A stretch of 63,573 nucleotides of DNA, counting the filler, from Craspedostauros australis (taxonomy: Eukaryota), in the NCBI GenBank assembly GCA_030167865.1. It is 8 parts of 8 records of this genome, joined end to end, with 100 filler letters (N's around TTAATTAATTAA, not from the genome) between each part and the next. Parts side by side here need not be neighbours in the genome. Positions count along the whole stretch, not along the records: positions 7,190 to 36,695 come from JALAGF010002115.1; 7 more parts are not named here. One strand, written 5' to 3'. Below, piece by piece: positions 22,001-32,878 of the stretch. The position numbers and the translations under genes were made by a program. Each line of letters opens with the position of its first letter. The first letter of the stretch is position 1. A model generated the notes under the pieces. The model saw nothing but the letters and a program-made list of their open reading frames with translations, ran no database searches and was not told the DNA's origin.

Positions 22001-23683
22001 ATGGCGATAACAAAGGCAATGGCACCGACAACAGCAACAACAAGGACAACAGCAGGAGTAGGGCTTAACGCTGTCGCTTTCGTCGTGTTGGCGTGGGCTT
22101 TGTTGAGCATCGATGCGTTCGCGCCTCGTCCGGTCAGTCCTCACCATGCTTCGCACATCACCAAGCCCCCACAAGCTTCCGCCCCATCCTCGCCATTCTC
22201 GTCGATGGCGGGAACATGCACGAGGCGCCATTCGCATGACGGGGTCCAAGTCGATGAAGTCAGCGCTCCTTTTTCGTCATCACTCGTGCAAGACTATTGG
22301 GGCCATTCGCCGCTGTTGATTCGCAAAGCTTTTACGGCGGAGGAAATGAAGAATGACATTCCATGCTGGTCCGATGTGATGGAATTGGCCATCGATAACT
22401 GCAGCAATGGCGACGCGGAGGAAGATTTCCCAACATCCAGAATCATCCAGCACATCCCCAGCCAGCTGGATTCGTTCCAGCTGGATCTCGGGCCATTCGA
22501 TTCGAACGACGAGATTCTGCCCGTGGACGAGTTCAATCAGGTCGTCCAGACTTTGGTCGTCAACGACGTGGATCGGTTCATCACGTCGTTGTCGGACTGG
22601 ATGGATGCGAACTTCGGTTTTCTGCCACGCTGGAGACGAGACGATGCTCAGATCAGCCTTGCGCGCAAGGGCGGCGGCATCGGACCGCACGTGGACAGCT
22701 ACGATGTATTTCTGATCCAAACCTCGGGACGTCGGACGTGGCAGGTGGGAGAGAAGATCTCAACGCGCCGGGAATACGAATCGCTGGTGGAAGCGTCGCA
22801 GGTTCGCGTGCTGGATCTCGGCGACGTGCCCATGGTGGAGTTCGAGCTGGACGTCGGCGATTGCCTGTACCTGCCACCTCGCGTGCTGCACCAAGGCATC
22901 GCTGTGACGAATGACTGTGCGACGTTGAGCGTGGGAGGTCGCGCACCGTCGGCATCGGAGTTGGTATCTCGCGTTGCGGAATTCGTGGCATCGTCGACCT
23001 CGGAAGCCGCCACGAAGTTCTACACGGATGAATGGTTGGTGCGGGAGTACGAGCGCAACAGCAGCAGCGGTAGTGGCGACGAGGTTAACACCAGCAATGC
23101 GACATCCTTGAGCGGCACCGTGAAGGACAGGATGAAGGAGTTGGTGCGCAACGCAGTGGAAGAAGTTCTGAGCAACGATTCCGCGTGGGATGATATCGTC
23201 GGACGCCTTGCGACTGAGGCGAAGAGACCGACCGATGTTCGATTCCCCACTTCACTGGGCGACCTCGACGACGAGTGGAGGATGGAACTGGACGTGTGGG
23301 GCAATACCGACACAACTATCAGTGCTGTGTTGAATGGACAAGGCGCCCTGTTCCGAACGGAGGGCCTGTCGTGTGCATGGTCCCATGTCTCAGAGGGCAC
23401 CAGCAGCGGTGGCGATGAATACAGATTGTTTTCATCCGGCGAAGTGCACGATCTGGTGATCCGCAACGCCGCAGACGATGACGATGACCGTGAACGAAAC
23501 AGTGATGAAAACAGCATCAAGATTGGGAAAATGGTGGATCAAATCGCGAACGGCGGCCCATTGGACCAAGCTGCGCTGTTAGCGTGCGGCATCAACGAAG
23601 CATCGTTGCAATCGTTTCCTGAGGTTGCCGATTTCCTCAAGCAGTTGGTGTTTGATGGGGTGCTCTACGGATCAGCCATTTGA
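22001..23683 (+). CDS. JmjC/Cupin_4 ribosomal oxygenase (RoxA/YcfD-like) with plastid-type presequence
   Basis: WRRDDAQIS..GGIGPHVDSYDVFLIQTSGRRTWQVG and GDCLYLPPRVLHQG (HxD...H iron triad). Signal peptide ends IDA-FAP. Confidence 0.88.
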   Translation: MAITKAMAPTTATTRTTAGVGLNAVAFVVLAWALLSIDAFAPRPVSPHHASHITKPPQASAPSSPFSSMAGTCTRRHSHDGVQVDEVSAPFSSSLVQDYWGHSPLLIRKAFTAEEMKNDIPCWSDVMELAIDNCSNGDAEEDFPTSRIIQHIPSQLDSFQLDLGPFDSNDEILPVDEFNQVVQTLVVNDVDRFITSLSDWMDANFGFLPRWRRDDAQISLARKGGGIGPHVDSYDVFLIQTSGRRTWQVGEKISTRREYESLVEASQVRVLDLGDVPMVEFELDVGDCLYLPPRVLHQGIAVTNDCATLSVGGRAPSASELVSRVAEFVASSTSEAATKFYTDEWLVREYERNSSSGSGDEVNTSNATSLSGTVKDRMKELVRNAVEEVLSNDSAWDDIVGRLATEAKRPTDVRFPTSLGDLDDEWRMELDVWGNTDTTISAVLNGQGALFRTEGLSCAWSHVSEGTSSGGDEYRLFSSGEVHDLVIRNAADDDDDRERNSDENSIKIGKMVDQIANGGPLDQAALLACGINEASLQSFPEVADFLKQLVFDGVLYGSAI

Positions 23684-24259
23684 CGATGATTGCAATGAGG
23701 ACAATGAAAAAGGGATGGTGATGATAGACGGATATACGACGCTGTATTACGAACGTGGCACGGCTTTGTGCTTTGCGACTCTTTTTGATGTTGGAGTGCC
23801 TTGGACTCTCTAACATCAATCTTCTACACTCTTTTGGGAGCTATCTTTCTCTCTCTCTCTACACGTAGACAGTGACGGACGACGACAGGCCAATCGTACC
23901 GAACAAGTAAAATATTCGTATTGGTCGAAGTTCTGCTCGCATTGCACGTTTGACTGAGACACAGGAAACTGTTTCCACCTTTGTCGAACGAATTCAGTTT
24001 GCTTCATTCGTTTGGCGGACATCTTGGCACAAGCAACATTCGACCACGAACGCACCCGCTCCAAAGTCCACTTGCACCAACAGCGTATCCACATACTCCA
24101 CGATACCCACACTCGTACAAGTGCGGTGCAGATAGTTGCGCCATCAGAGTAATCGCAGCCAGGCAACCCATCAAGCACAACCAGAGGCAGGCACATCAGT
24201 ATCGCCAGCATCATCAGCATCACCGCGAGAAGCAGCAACCATCTGCGGAGGCAATCACA

Positions 24260-25408
24260 ATGGCAACACAAATGAGTGATGGCGAAGGTCATGCCAACAA
24301 CGACAGAGACAATGACAGGAGCGGGAATGGCAGTTGCCGCCGACGCAGCGAACGACGGACATCGTTCCGGACTCGGAGGCACACTACTATCGACACCGGA
24401 TTGATTCCACCAGCAGCGGGGGGATCAGTGTTGGCAGGAGGCTTGGACCAATCTGATGATGATTATCATCGTCAGCAGCAGCAGAGTCAGCAGCAGCAGA
24501 GTCAGCACTATCATGACCATGCCAATGGCCCTGGCCAGCAAGCGTTACGGTCATCAACGACCGCAGAAGTGCCGAGAGTGAACCACATGTCGTTCTTCTG
24601 CGGACTCACAGCCGGCATCGCCCAAGCCGGTATCTTCAACCCATTCGACAGGGCGCTTTACCTCAGCCTCAAGAATCAAGTTCCCTTCCTGCGATACGAG
24701 AACTTTCAAAACCCGTACCTCGGCTTCGGCCAATCCGTCGGCCATCGGGCCTTGTCCGGTGGGCTGTACTACCCGCTGGAACAGCTCTTCATGACCATCC
24801 TGCCGCTGGAGGACGACGACACCAACGGCGCGATGTACAACTTCCTGGCCGGCACATCCGCGGGCGCCGTCAACGCCGTCGTCATCAATCCCATCTCCGC
24901 CGTCAAGTACAAAACGTGGGGTCGCGATGTCAACCGCGGTATGACGACCGAGATCGTCTCCATGTTGCGCAAGGGCGGCCTGCGTCCCTTCTCCAACGGC
25001 CTCATCCCCACCATCTTGCGCGACGTCACGTTTGGCGGTTGCTACACCTTCCTGCGGTTGGAGCTGCAGTACATCTTTGAGATTCCGTGCCAGTACCAGT
25101 GGACGGCCAACTTCGTGGCGGCCGCGTTGGCCACCATCGTGAGCGGGCCCTTCAATTTGGCGCGCAACGTGCAGTACGGGACCAAGTCGCAGTACAAGGC
25201 CGATACGGTGCTGGAGGTCTTTCACACGCTGGGTCAGGAATTGCAGGCGCGGCCCAATGCGCTGGCCAAATTGCAGCATGCTCAGAATCGATTGCGACTG
25301 GGATGGGGCACGTTGCGAGTGGCGGTCGGGATGGCATTTGGTCACTCCGTGTACGATTGGTTGGCGAGCGCGCTGGCCAACGGCAATGCCATGGGAAGTC
25401 GCAGATGA
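24260..25408 (+). CDS. Mitochondrial carrier family (SLC25-like) protein
   Basis: Three carrier repeats: NPFDRALY, NPISAVKY, GPFNLARN; GLIPTILRDVTFG. Confidence 0.85.
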   Translation: MATQMSDGEGHANNDRDNDRSGNGSCRRRSERRTSFRTRRHTTIDTGLIPPAAGGSVLAGGLDQSDDDYHRQQQQSQQQQSQHYHDHANGPGQQALRSSTTAEVPRVNHMSFFCGLTAGIAQAGIFNPFDRALYLSLKNQVPFLRYENFQNPYLGFGQSVGHRALSGGLYYPLEQLFMTILPLEDDDTNGAMYNFLAGTSAGAVNAVVINPISAVKYKTWGRDVNRGMTTEIVSMLRKGGLRPFSNGLIPTILRDVTFGGCYTFLRLELQYIFEIPCQYQWTANFVAAALATIVSGPFNLARNVQYGTKSQYKADTVLEVFHTLGQELQARPNALAKLQHAQNRLRLGWGTLRVAVGMAFGHSVYDWLASALANGNAMGSRR

Positions 25409-25789
25409 CAGCGTTGTAAGCTTTTGTACATACAATACAATGCAATACAAATACACAACAGAGAGAGAGAGAGAGAGAGAGCACGAGTTCGACGAGTCAA
25501 AATCTGCAGCAGCGAAACCAAATTGTCAGGAGGACCAGCCTCAATGCAACTCGCATTGATTCCGTTTGCGGCAGTTGAGCAACCATGGCTTGCAAACTGT
25601 GGCGACTCATAGTATGAGTCCTCGTGGAGAGAAATGAACAACCGAACAAAGTATCCTATAATACATTGCATCCTCGTACATTGCATCATGATCATCACCA
25701 CAGCAACAGCAAACAATCACATCTACTATACACTCACAATGATAATGGTAATGTACAAGTGTTCTCTCTCTAGACAGTATCAGAATAGT

Positions 25790-26572
25790 TTACACCAACA
25801 GAACGGCATTGACGCAGCCGTCCAGCTCTGGGTTGTTGGTGACCTGCGCCATCTTTCCCCAGGCCACCTTACCGGATGTCGTGACGAGACCCAGGTCGCT
25901 GACGTTGACCTCGATGACGGTACCCTTCGTGAGCACTCCGAGGTTGGTGTAGAGCTGCGAGCTGGGGTTCTTGCGCACCCCGATGATATCGAGCTGGAAG
26001 CTGGTCTTTAGCTCCGGATGCGTGACGTTGGCCTTCCTCATGCGCAGACCGGACGGGCGGATGAAGCGCTCGTACTTGGGGTTGTTCCTTGTGAAGCTGT
26101 CTCCCACGAAGGTGCATTTGGTGACGACGCGCTTCCACGCCTTCTTCTGGCGCCTGCCCGTCTTCATGACCTTGAACATCTCATCATCCGCCACGGGCTT
26201 GACCTTGGGAATGGGCACCTCCCACTTGCCGGCCTTCTCCTTGCGCTTCTGCTTGACGGTGTTGCTGAGCACCTTGGCGCGGCTGACGCCCTCACGATCG
26301 AGCAGGTAGGCTGGCACGGCACCCTCCGCCACGGCCTCGTCGTTCGCGTGCTTGTTGTTGCGCTCGTTGTGCATGGCGATGGTCTTGCGCATCGTGGCCT
26401 TCTCCTTGTACCGTCTCTTGTTGTAGAGCTTGGCGCGGATGCCGTGCACCTTCTGCGCGAACTCGGAGCGCTTGTGCACCAACCGTGCCTCCTTCTTGCG
26501 ATCGCGCTCCTCGGCGTCGAAGCGACGTCCGTGGAGCTTGCGGTGGCGTTCCATGTGCTCGTGCTGCGGCAT
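25790..26572 (-). CDS. NSA2: Ribosome biogenesis protein NSA2 (260 aa)
   Basis: [62 protein letters not shown]. Confidence 0.97.
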   Translation of the reverse strand: MPQHEHMERHRKLHGRRFDAEERDRKKEARLVHKRSEFAQKVHGIRAKLYNKRRYKEKATMRKTIAMHNERNNKHANDEAVAEGAVPAYLLDREGVSRAKVLSNTVKQKRKEKAGKWEVPIPKVKPVADDEMFKVMKTGRRQKKAWKRVVTKCTFVGDSFTRNNPKYERFIRPSGLRMRKANVTHPELKTSFQLDIIGVRKNPSSQLYTNLGVLTKGTVIEVNVSDLGLVTTSGKVAWGKMAQVTNNPELDGCVNAVLLV

Positions 26573-27035
26573 CTTGTCAGTTGGAGTATAGTATAATACT
26601 ATTCTATTATATAATGCAATACTTGGACAGGTATAATACGAGATCCTGTATGTTGTGTTACCGACAAGGATGATGGGAGTGGAGGCAACGATGTTTGGTC
26701 TGTGTTGTGGGATTGAGGCGTCGCACACAATGGACACGACCGTACTCTCTGTGCGTGTACGCGCGTGAGTGTGTGTTTGTGTTTGGGAACGACCGCCATG
26801 GTCGATCGTTCTGCGCCTTCGATTTTGGGTGGGTGAAGTTTCTAACTCAAACACCAACGATGACAGACGCCACGTTTGCTGTCGTTTTTTGGAAACAATC
26901 ACTCGTGAATGAACTGCACATCACACGACTGATCCAAGACATCAAGAAACTCAAACGAACAAACACGATCGTATCTGGCAGCGAGACGTTGCCTCACCAT
27001 CGCTCGACCCATCAACCTATCGACCTCACTGTTTC

Positions 27036-28073
27036 ATGAGCTCTTCGAGTACACAACATCATACGATGAATGCAAGCACAACTACGAGTATGGGCAAGGC
27101 TACCGAAAACGAAGGAAACCAGCAAGGCCACCATCCTCAGAAGCAGCACCTGCGGCAGACGAGCAAAACTGATGTGAATCCACTGCTGACAGCAAAGGCG
27201 TACGAGCTGTCCTTGTCGGCACCTCGGTTTCCACCTCACGGAACGCTTCACAGAGACCGCGCACTGCCTGTCAAATCAGCCACAGCAACCCGCACGTCTT
27301 ACATTCGACATTACAGCGAAAGCGACGACCCCCGCAAACGTCAGATCCGCAACCGCGTGCTGGGAACCTTCCTGTCCCTGCGACACGATGTCCTGCGCCA
27401 GATGCATCATCCTCATCTGCCCATCGGACCGGAGCTGGGAGATCGGATCACGAGGTACCTCGGCGTCCTGCTGCCGATCGCATCGCAGAATCATGTGCGC
27501 GATACTGGCGGATTCCGCGACATTTGCGATTTCCTGGTCACGGCGACCATACCGGTGGCCGGGATTGCCGATCCACGTGCGGCACGGCGATTCCTGGATC
27601 TGACGCAGCGCGTGGAGCGTCTGCAATATGGGCGGCACGACCTGCAATTCATGGACATTCTGCGACCCGAATCCGATGCAGGAGGCAACAAGATGGATGA
27701 TGACGCCGTGTCTGGCATCCTCTTCTTTGTGCATGGTGGGGCTTGGGGCAGCGGCAAGCCGTGGTTCTACCGGTTGGTGGCCTCGCCATTCCTGCAACGC
27801 AACATGGTGGTCGCCATCGTCGGATATCGCACGTACCCGACTGCCCACGCCAACAGCCAAGCGGGAGATCTGGAATTGGCCTACCGATGCTTGAAACGGC
27901 GGCACCCACGCTGGTTTGACACCAAAGTGCGCAATCCAACAGCCGCGATCGGCACCGTCGTCATGGGACATTCCTCTGGTGCGCACATCGCCATGCTGAT
28001 GCTGGTTGAACGTTTGAAACGGTGTCTCGTGCTGCAGCAGGAGAGAAAGAAGGCCAACGAGTATGATCAACAG

Positions 28074-28105
<32 letters not shown>

Positions 28106-28736
28106 ACAACATAATATTTACGCACAACCACAACCACAAGCGCAAGCGCAATCCTCTACAGACCAGCCAGCACGACGCAACACAATACCTGGCTGCGATC
28201 ACTTGCTGGATATCGATGCATTTGTCGGTCTCTCCGGGCCGTACGATATATCGCACCATTTCGACTACGAGGCCGCTCGTGGCGTGGAGGAGCTGTCACC
28301 GATGAAAGCCGCCAACGAGTATTCGCGAGAGCGGTTCGAGTGGAACTCGCCAGCGCGGCGATTGAAGCAGTTCTTGCGGTCCTTCCAGGAAGACAGCATC
28401 CCCATGGACAACTACTTCCCTTCGTGCGTTCTCGTGCATGGTATCGAGGACGACACCGTGCCCTTCACGTCCACTGCCGAAACCGCGCAGACCCTGCGGA
28501 TGTGCGGATTGTCGGAGGTTGACGAGATCTACGTCCCTGCGACGGCGCATCAGGATACGGCGGTGCACTTCATGACCGGCGGACCGACGGTGCCTAGCGT
28601 CATGGAATGGTTGTCACGCAGAAGCAAAGTACCACCCAAGAAGATGCGATCGACAACGCCGACGGGAGCGGTGCTCGCGAATGACAACGTTGCCGCAAAC
28701 CACGCAACGAGTGTGGTTGGACCAAGTCGGTTGTAG
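27036..28736 (+). CDS. Alpha/beta hydrolase, isoprenylcysteine methylesterase (ICME)-like
   Basis: FFVHGGAWGSG, nucleophile GHSSGAH, LSGPYDISHH, HGIEDDTVP and AH (Ser-Asp-His triad); polyQ insert. Confidence 0.85.
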
Positions 28737-29323
28737 CCAGCTTACTCATAATACTCTTTTAGAAAGTATAATATAATAGAAGGGAGGAGAGGACCTGTGG
28801 AGTGGTGCAGAGCAGAGCACTATACTGCTAAACTATGCTCCTAAACTACGACTATTCAAGAGGAGTCCAAAATTTTCCAACGTGCGAATGGCAGACTGTT
28901 CCGAACTGATCTTCGGTTGTAAGGTTCGGATCAGTCAATCGAGTTTATTGAAGTTAGTCCATTGAATCGAGGCCACAAAATGAGAATCGCGTTGTTGCTT
29001 TGTGATGAGACATCGCGGCGAAACACATCAACATCAACACGCTTGGTTGTTTGGGCACGTTGTTTGGTTCCATCACAAAGCGACAAGCGGAGCCTCACAC
29101 ACATTGTTCCGTACCATAGTCGTACGAGCTACATACCATACCGCACCATCCTCTAACCACACCGTGCACAACATACCGCCATCCCCATCGTCGATTTCAC
29201 CAGAGCAACTGAGTGAGGCAAAGAGATCAGGAAGAAGAGACCGATGGTCTTTGGGATCCCCTGATTTCCACCGCACATTTTCGGGTTGGTGATCGTGTGA
29301 TCCTGTGATCGTAATTCGAGAAG

Positions 29324-32300
29324 ATGACGATGATGTCGACCAACCATCGAAGCTCCGGCAACCAAGCTGGTAACCACAGCACCGACAATGCCAAAACAAT
29401 CGACGGAAAAGGCGAGAGGAAACGAAAGGCCCCGGCGGTGCAGCCATCTGGTGTGGATCAGCACAGCCTCAAGAAGCAGCTCGCACTGGGACGCACCAAG
29501 CTCCCCGTTCACAAATTCAAGAAGGAGATCTGCCAGCTGATGCGTGACAACGATGTGCTGCTGGCCGTTGCGGAGACAGGGTCTGGTAAGAGTACGCAGA
29601 TACCCGCGTACTTGTACGAGGCAGGCAACGTCCTTCCATCCCAACGAGCATCGGTGACGAGACCGCAGCGATTCGCGCACAGCATCTGCGTGACGCAACC
29701 ACGGCGTGTGGCCGCCATGACGGTCGCCAAACGCGTCGCCGATGAGATGGGATGCGTGCCAGGCACCACGGTCGGGTATCGTGTCCGATTTGATGATTGC
29801 ACGGATTTGAACGGAAGGAATACGACGAAGGTGCTGTACGTGACAGACGGAATGCTGCTGAGGGAAGCCACGTCCGATCCGTTGCTGACGAGATACGGTG
29901 TGGTCGTGCTGGACGAAAGTCACGAACGATCGCTGCAGACGGATATTTTGTTTGGCGTTGTTAAGCGAGCCATGAAGGCAAGAAGGCAGCAAACGAATGA
30001 TGATGTTGACGACGTCAACGACGATAGCCACCGTGACACTGGCGATTCTGATGATTCTGATGGTGGCGAAGATAATGGAGATTCGGATGAAGATGTGGAT
30101 GCATTAATCCAGCTCAGAATGAGGCAGCGGGCCCAGCAATTGGCGCTGCCGCCTTTGAAGGCTGTCGTCATGTCTGCGACGTTGGACATTGCGACATTCC
30201 AAAACTTCTTCCCAGATGCTGCACTGATTCAAATCCCCGGTCGGCTGTTTCCTGTCCAGATCGCGTACGCCAGAGAAGATCAACAGGTGAGCGTCTTGAG
30301 ACAACCGCTTGTTTCGGCTTCAACCTTGGGAAAGATGGCTGTCCGCGCCATTGAAGAATGGACGTGGCCAAGTCAGATCAGTGCCAATCCGTGAACCTCT
30401 GATCACTCACTGTTCTTTCGTGCAAATCACAATTCGTATTGTGCGCCGTGTTTCCCGTTGACTACACGACAATTCAAAATCAACGGTGCCTGCTGAACTC
30501 TTTGAAGGATTACATGGACTCAGCGCTGTCCACATTAATACAGATACATGAAGAGGGAGACGACGGGGACGTGCTGGTCTTCCTACCAGGACAAGAAGAG
30601 ATTGAGGACTTATCGTCTCTGCTCAGGTCGCATCTGCAAGCCGAGCAAGAGTTCACCAAGCAGCTCACACAGCCAAGTGACAGAACTGATGTTGTCCAAG
30701 CGCTCCATGGTATCGGCACGAATCTTGCTGGCAAGACTGCATCCATCATTGACGGTGTCATGATTTGCGTGCTGTACGCCGCATTGCCACCCGAGGCGCA
30801 GCTCTTCGCCTTTGCTCCGAAGCCGGAAGGGTGCACAAGGAAGATCATTTTAGCTACGAATATTGCTGAAACATCAGGTAAGCAACGGCGTGGTGTGTGT
30901 GCGCGTGTTCTTTGGTACGTGCACACGTATGCTCACCTATTTGCATGTTCGTCTGCTTGTCCACCTGTCTGCGCCATTCCTTCTTCTCAACGATGCCTGT
31001 TGCGTGCATCGCAAATGCCGATCGATTGTAACGATACCTCTACGACGTCAAACGTACACGCACCTTCGACCGCCGTCCCGTTCTTCTTTTGGTATGATGT
31101 ATGGCACCATACCAAATAATACCATATGAATCCGGAACCAGTCACTCTCGATGGGATACGTTACGTGGTGGATTGTGGAAAGCAGAAGATGAGGGAATTC
31201 AATGGAACCACAGGGATGGAAAGCCTCACGGTGAAAGACGTCAGCAAAGCGCAGGTGAGTTGGTGCTGAGAGGTTTGCATCATCTTGTGCGCTGCCGAAT
31301 TCGGGGCAGTTCCTTTCTTAGTACAATGAGACGGACGACGAGACGGTAGTGGTCTTTTGTTCGCGATAGGCTGACCTCTGCCCTGGAGTTCTCCGCGCTG
31401 CTTTACTCTTATGCAAAACGACCCAACCACTCATCAATACCGCTACCAACACTTCCTTATCTTCCGTCACCTCTCGCACTGTGCCCGCCATGCCATCTAC
31501 GCGTTCGACAGGCCGCACAAAGGGCAGGTCGAGCGGGTCGTGTTTCTGCTGGCGTTTGCTTCCGGCTGTACACGGAGGATTCGTTCGATGCGCTTGAAAA
31601 GAATACTTCGCCGGAAATACAGCGCGTCAACCTCGCGCAAGTTGTGCTCATGCTGAAGGGGATGGGCGTGCATGATCCATCGAAATTCGACTTCCTTACA
31701 CCACCCTCTCCGTCAGGACTTCGAAAGGCATTTGAAATCCTGTACGGCCTCGGTGCGCTGGACCGACAGATGAAGATCACAGACCACGGCAAGCGGATGG
31801 CGAAGCTCCCCGTAGATCCAGTGTTTGCCCATCTGCTGCTTGAAAGTCAGCGGTACGAGTGCACATCCGAGATCTTGACTGTCGTTTCGATGCTCAGCGC
31901 AGAAAACATCTTCTACAGACCCAGCGGTGATTTGCAGGGCGGCGTATCTGCGAAGGCGGCATCTGCGCACAAGAGGTTCGCAAGTCACGAGGGCGATATC
32001 CCCACCCTGGTCGAGGTCTACAACGCTTGGCGGAGGGAGGCCGTCTACCTTGCGCCAAATGGGAATGGGAATTCGCGGGCGAAGAGAGGACGGATGTCCA
32101 CCACAGTGCTGAAACAACGGGGGATGATCATGCACGGCGAATGGTGCTCTCGGAATTACATCAGCGGCAGGGCTCTCGTCCGTGCACACGACGTTCGAAA
32201 TCAGCTGCGAAGCATCTGCGGCCGACCTACGGCCAAGCACGGGTTGGGGATGGATGTCGACGCATCGTGTGGGGATGATCGGGTCATCCTTTTCAAGTGC

Positions 32301-32603
32301 ATCTGCGCAGGATTCTTCCTCCAGGCGGCATCGAGGATGCACGCAGCACCAAGCTCGGATGGGAGGGGGTCCGGAAGCCTGGGACCTTCGAGGGGTCGAT
32401 ACAAGACTAAGCTCGGCGGGAAGGAAGTTTCGGTTCACCCGCACTCGACGATGTTCGGAAGAAATCCAGCCCCGAAGTGTGTCGTGTACACGGAACTGCT
32501 TTTCACCAAGAAGACCTACATCCGCGGGGTGACGCAGATCCGGGAGGAATGGTTGGTGGAGGTTGCTCCGCAATTCTACGGCGCTCAAATGGCCAGATCT
32601 TGA
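29324..32603 (+). CDS. DEAH-box RNA helicase (DHX33/Dhr2-like); exons about 29324-30286, 30508-30877, 31142-31254, 31512-32603
   Basis: AETGSGKST, TQPRRVAA, DESHE, MSAT, FLPGQEEI, ATNIAETS, QRAGRAGR, followed by HA2/OB regions. GT-AG introns restore the frame. Confidence 0.92.
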
Positions 32604-32878
32604 CCCCTTTGGCTTGCCGCAAAATGGATTTTGAATGAAATTCGAGTAGCATACTCACGAGGAGCTGGGTGCTGAACTTCGTTCAAGAGGACATGCAAAC
32701 GAGTTGTGCGAGTATGAAGAGTACAGTCGAGCAACCAAGATATTGGTCATTTATACTCACTCTTATAACACATTGCACGGTTGACTGTCGAGCATCTCCG
32801 TAGCATTCGTATGTACTCTGTCACAGTCCGTATTCCTCGATGCGGTACAATCCAAGGACGGGAGCACTGTCGTTCTTC

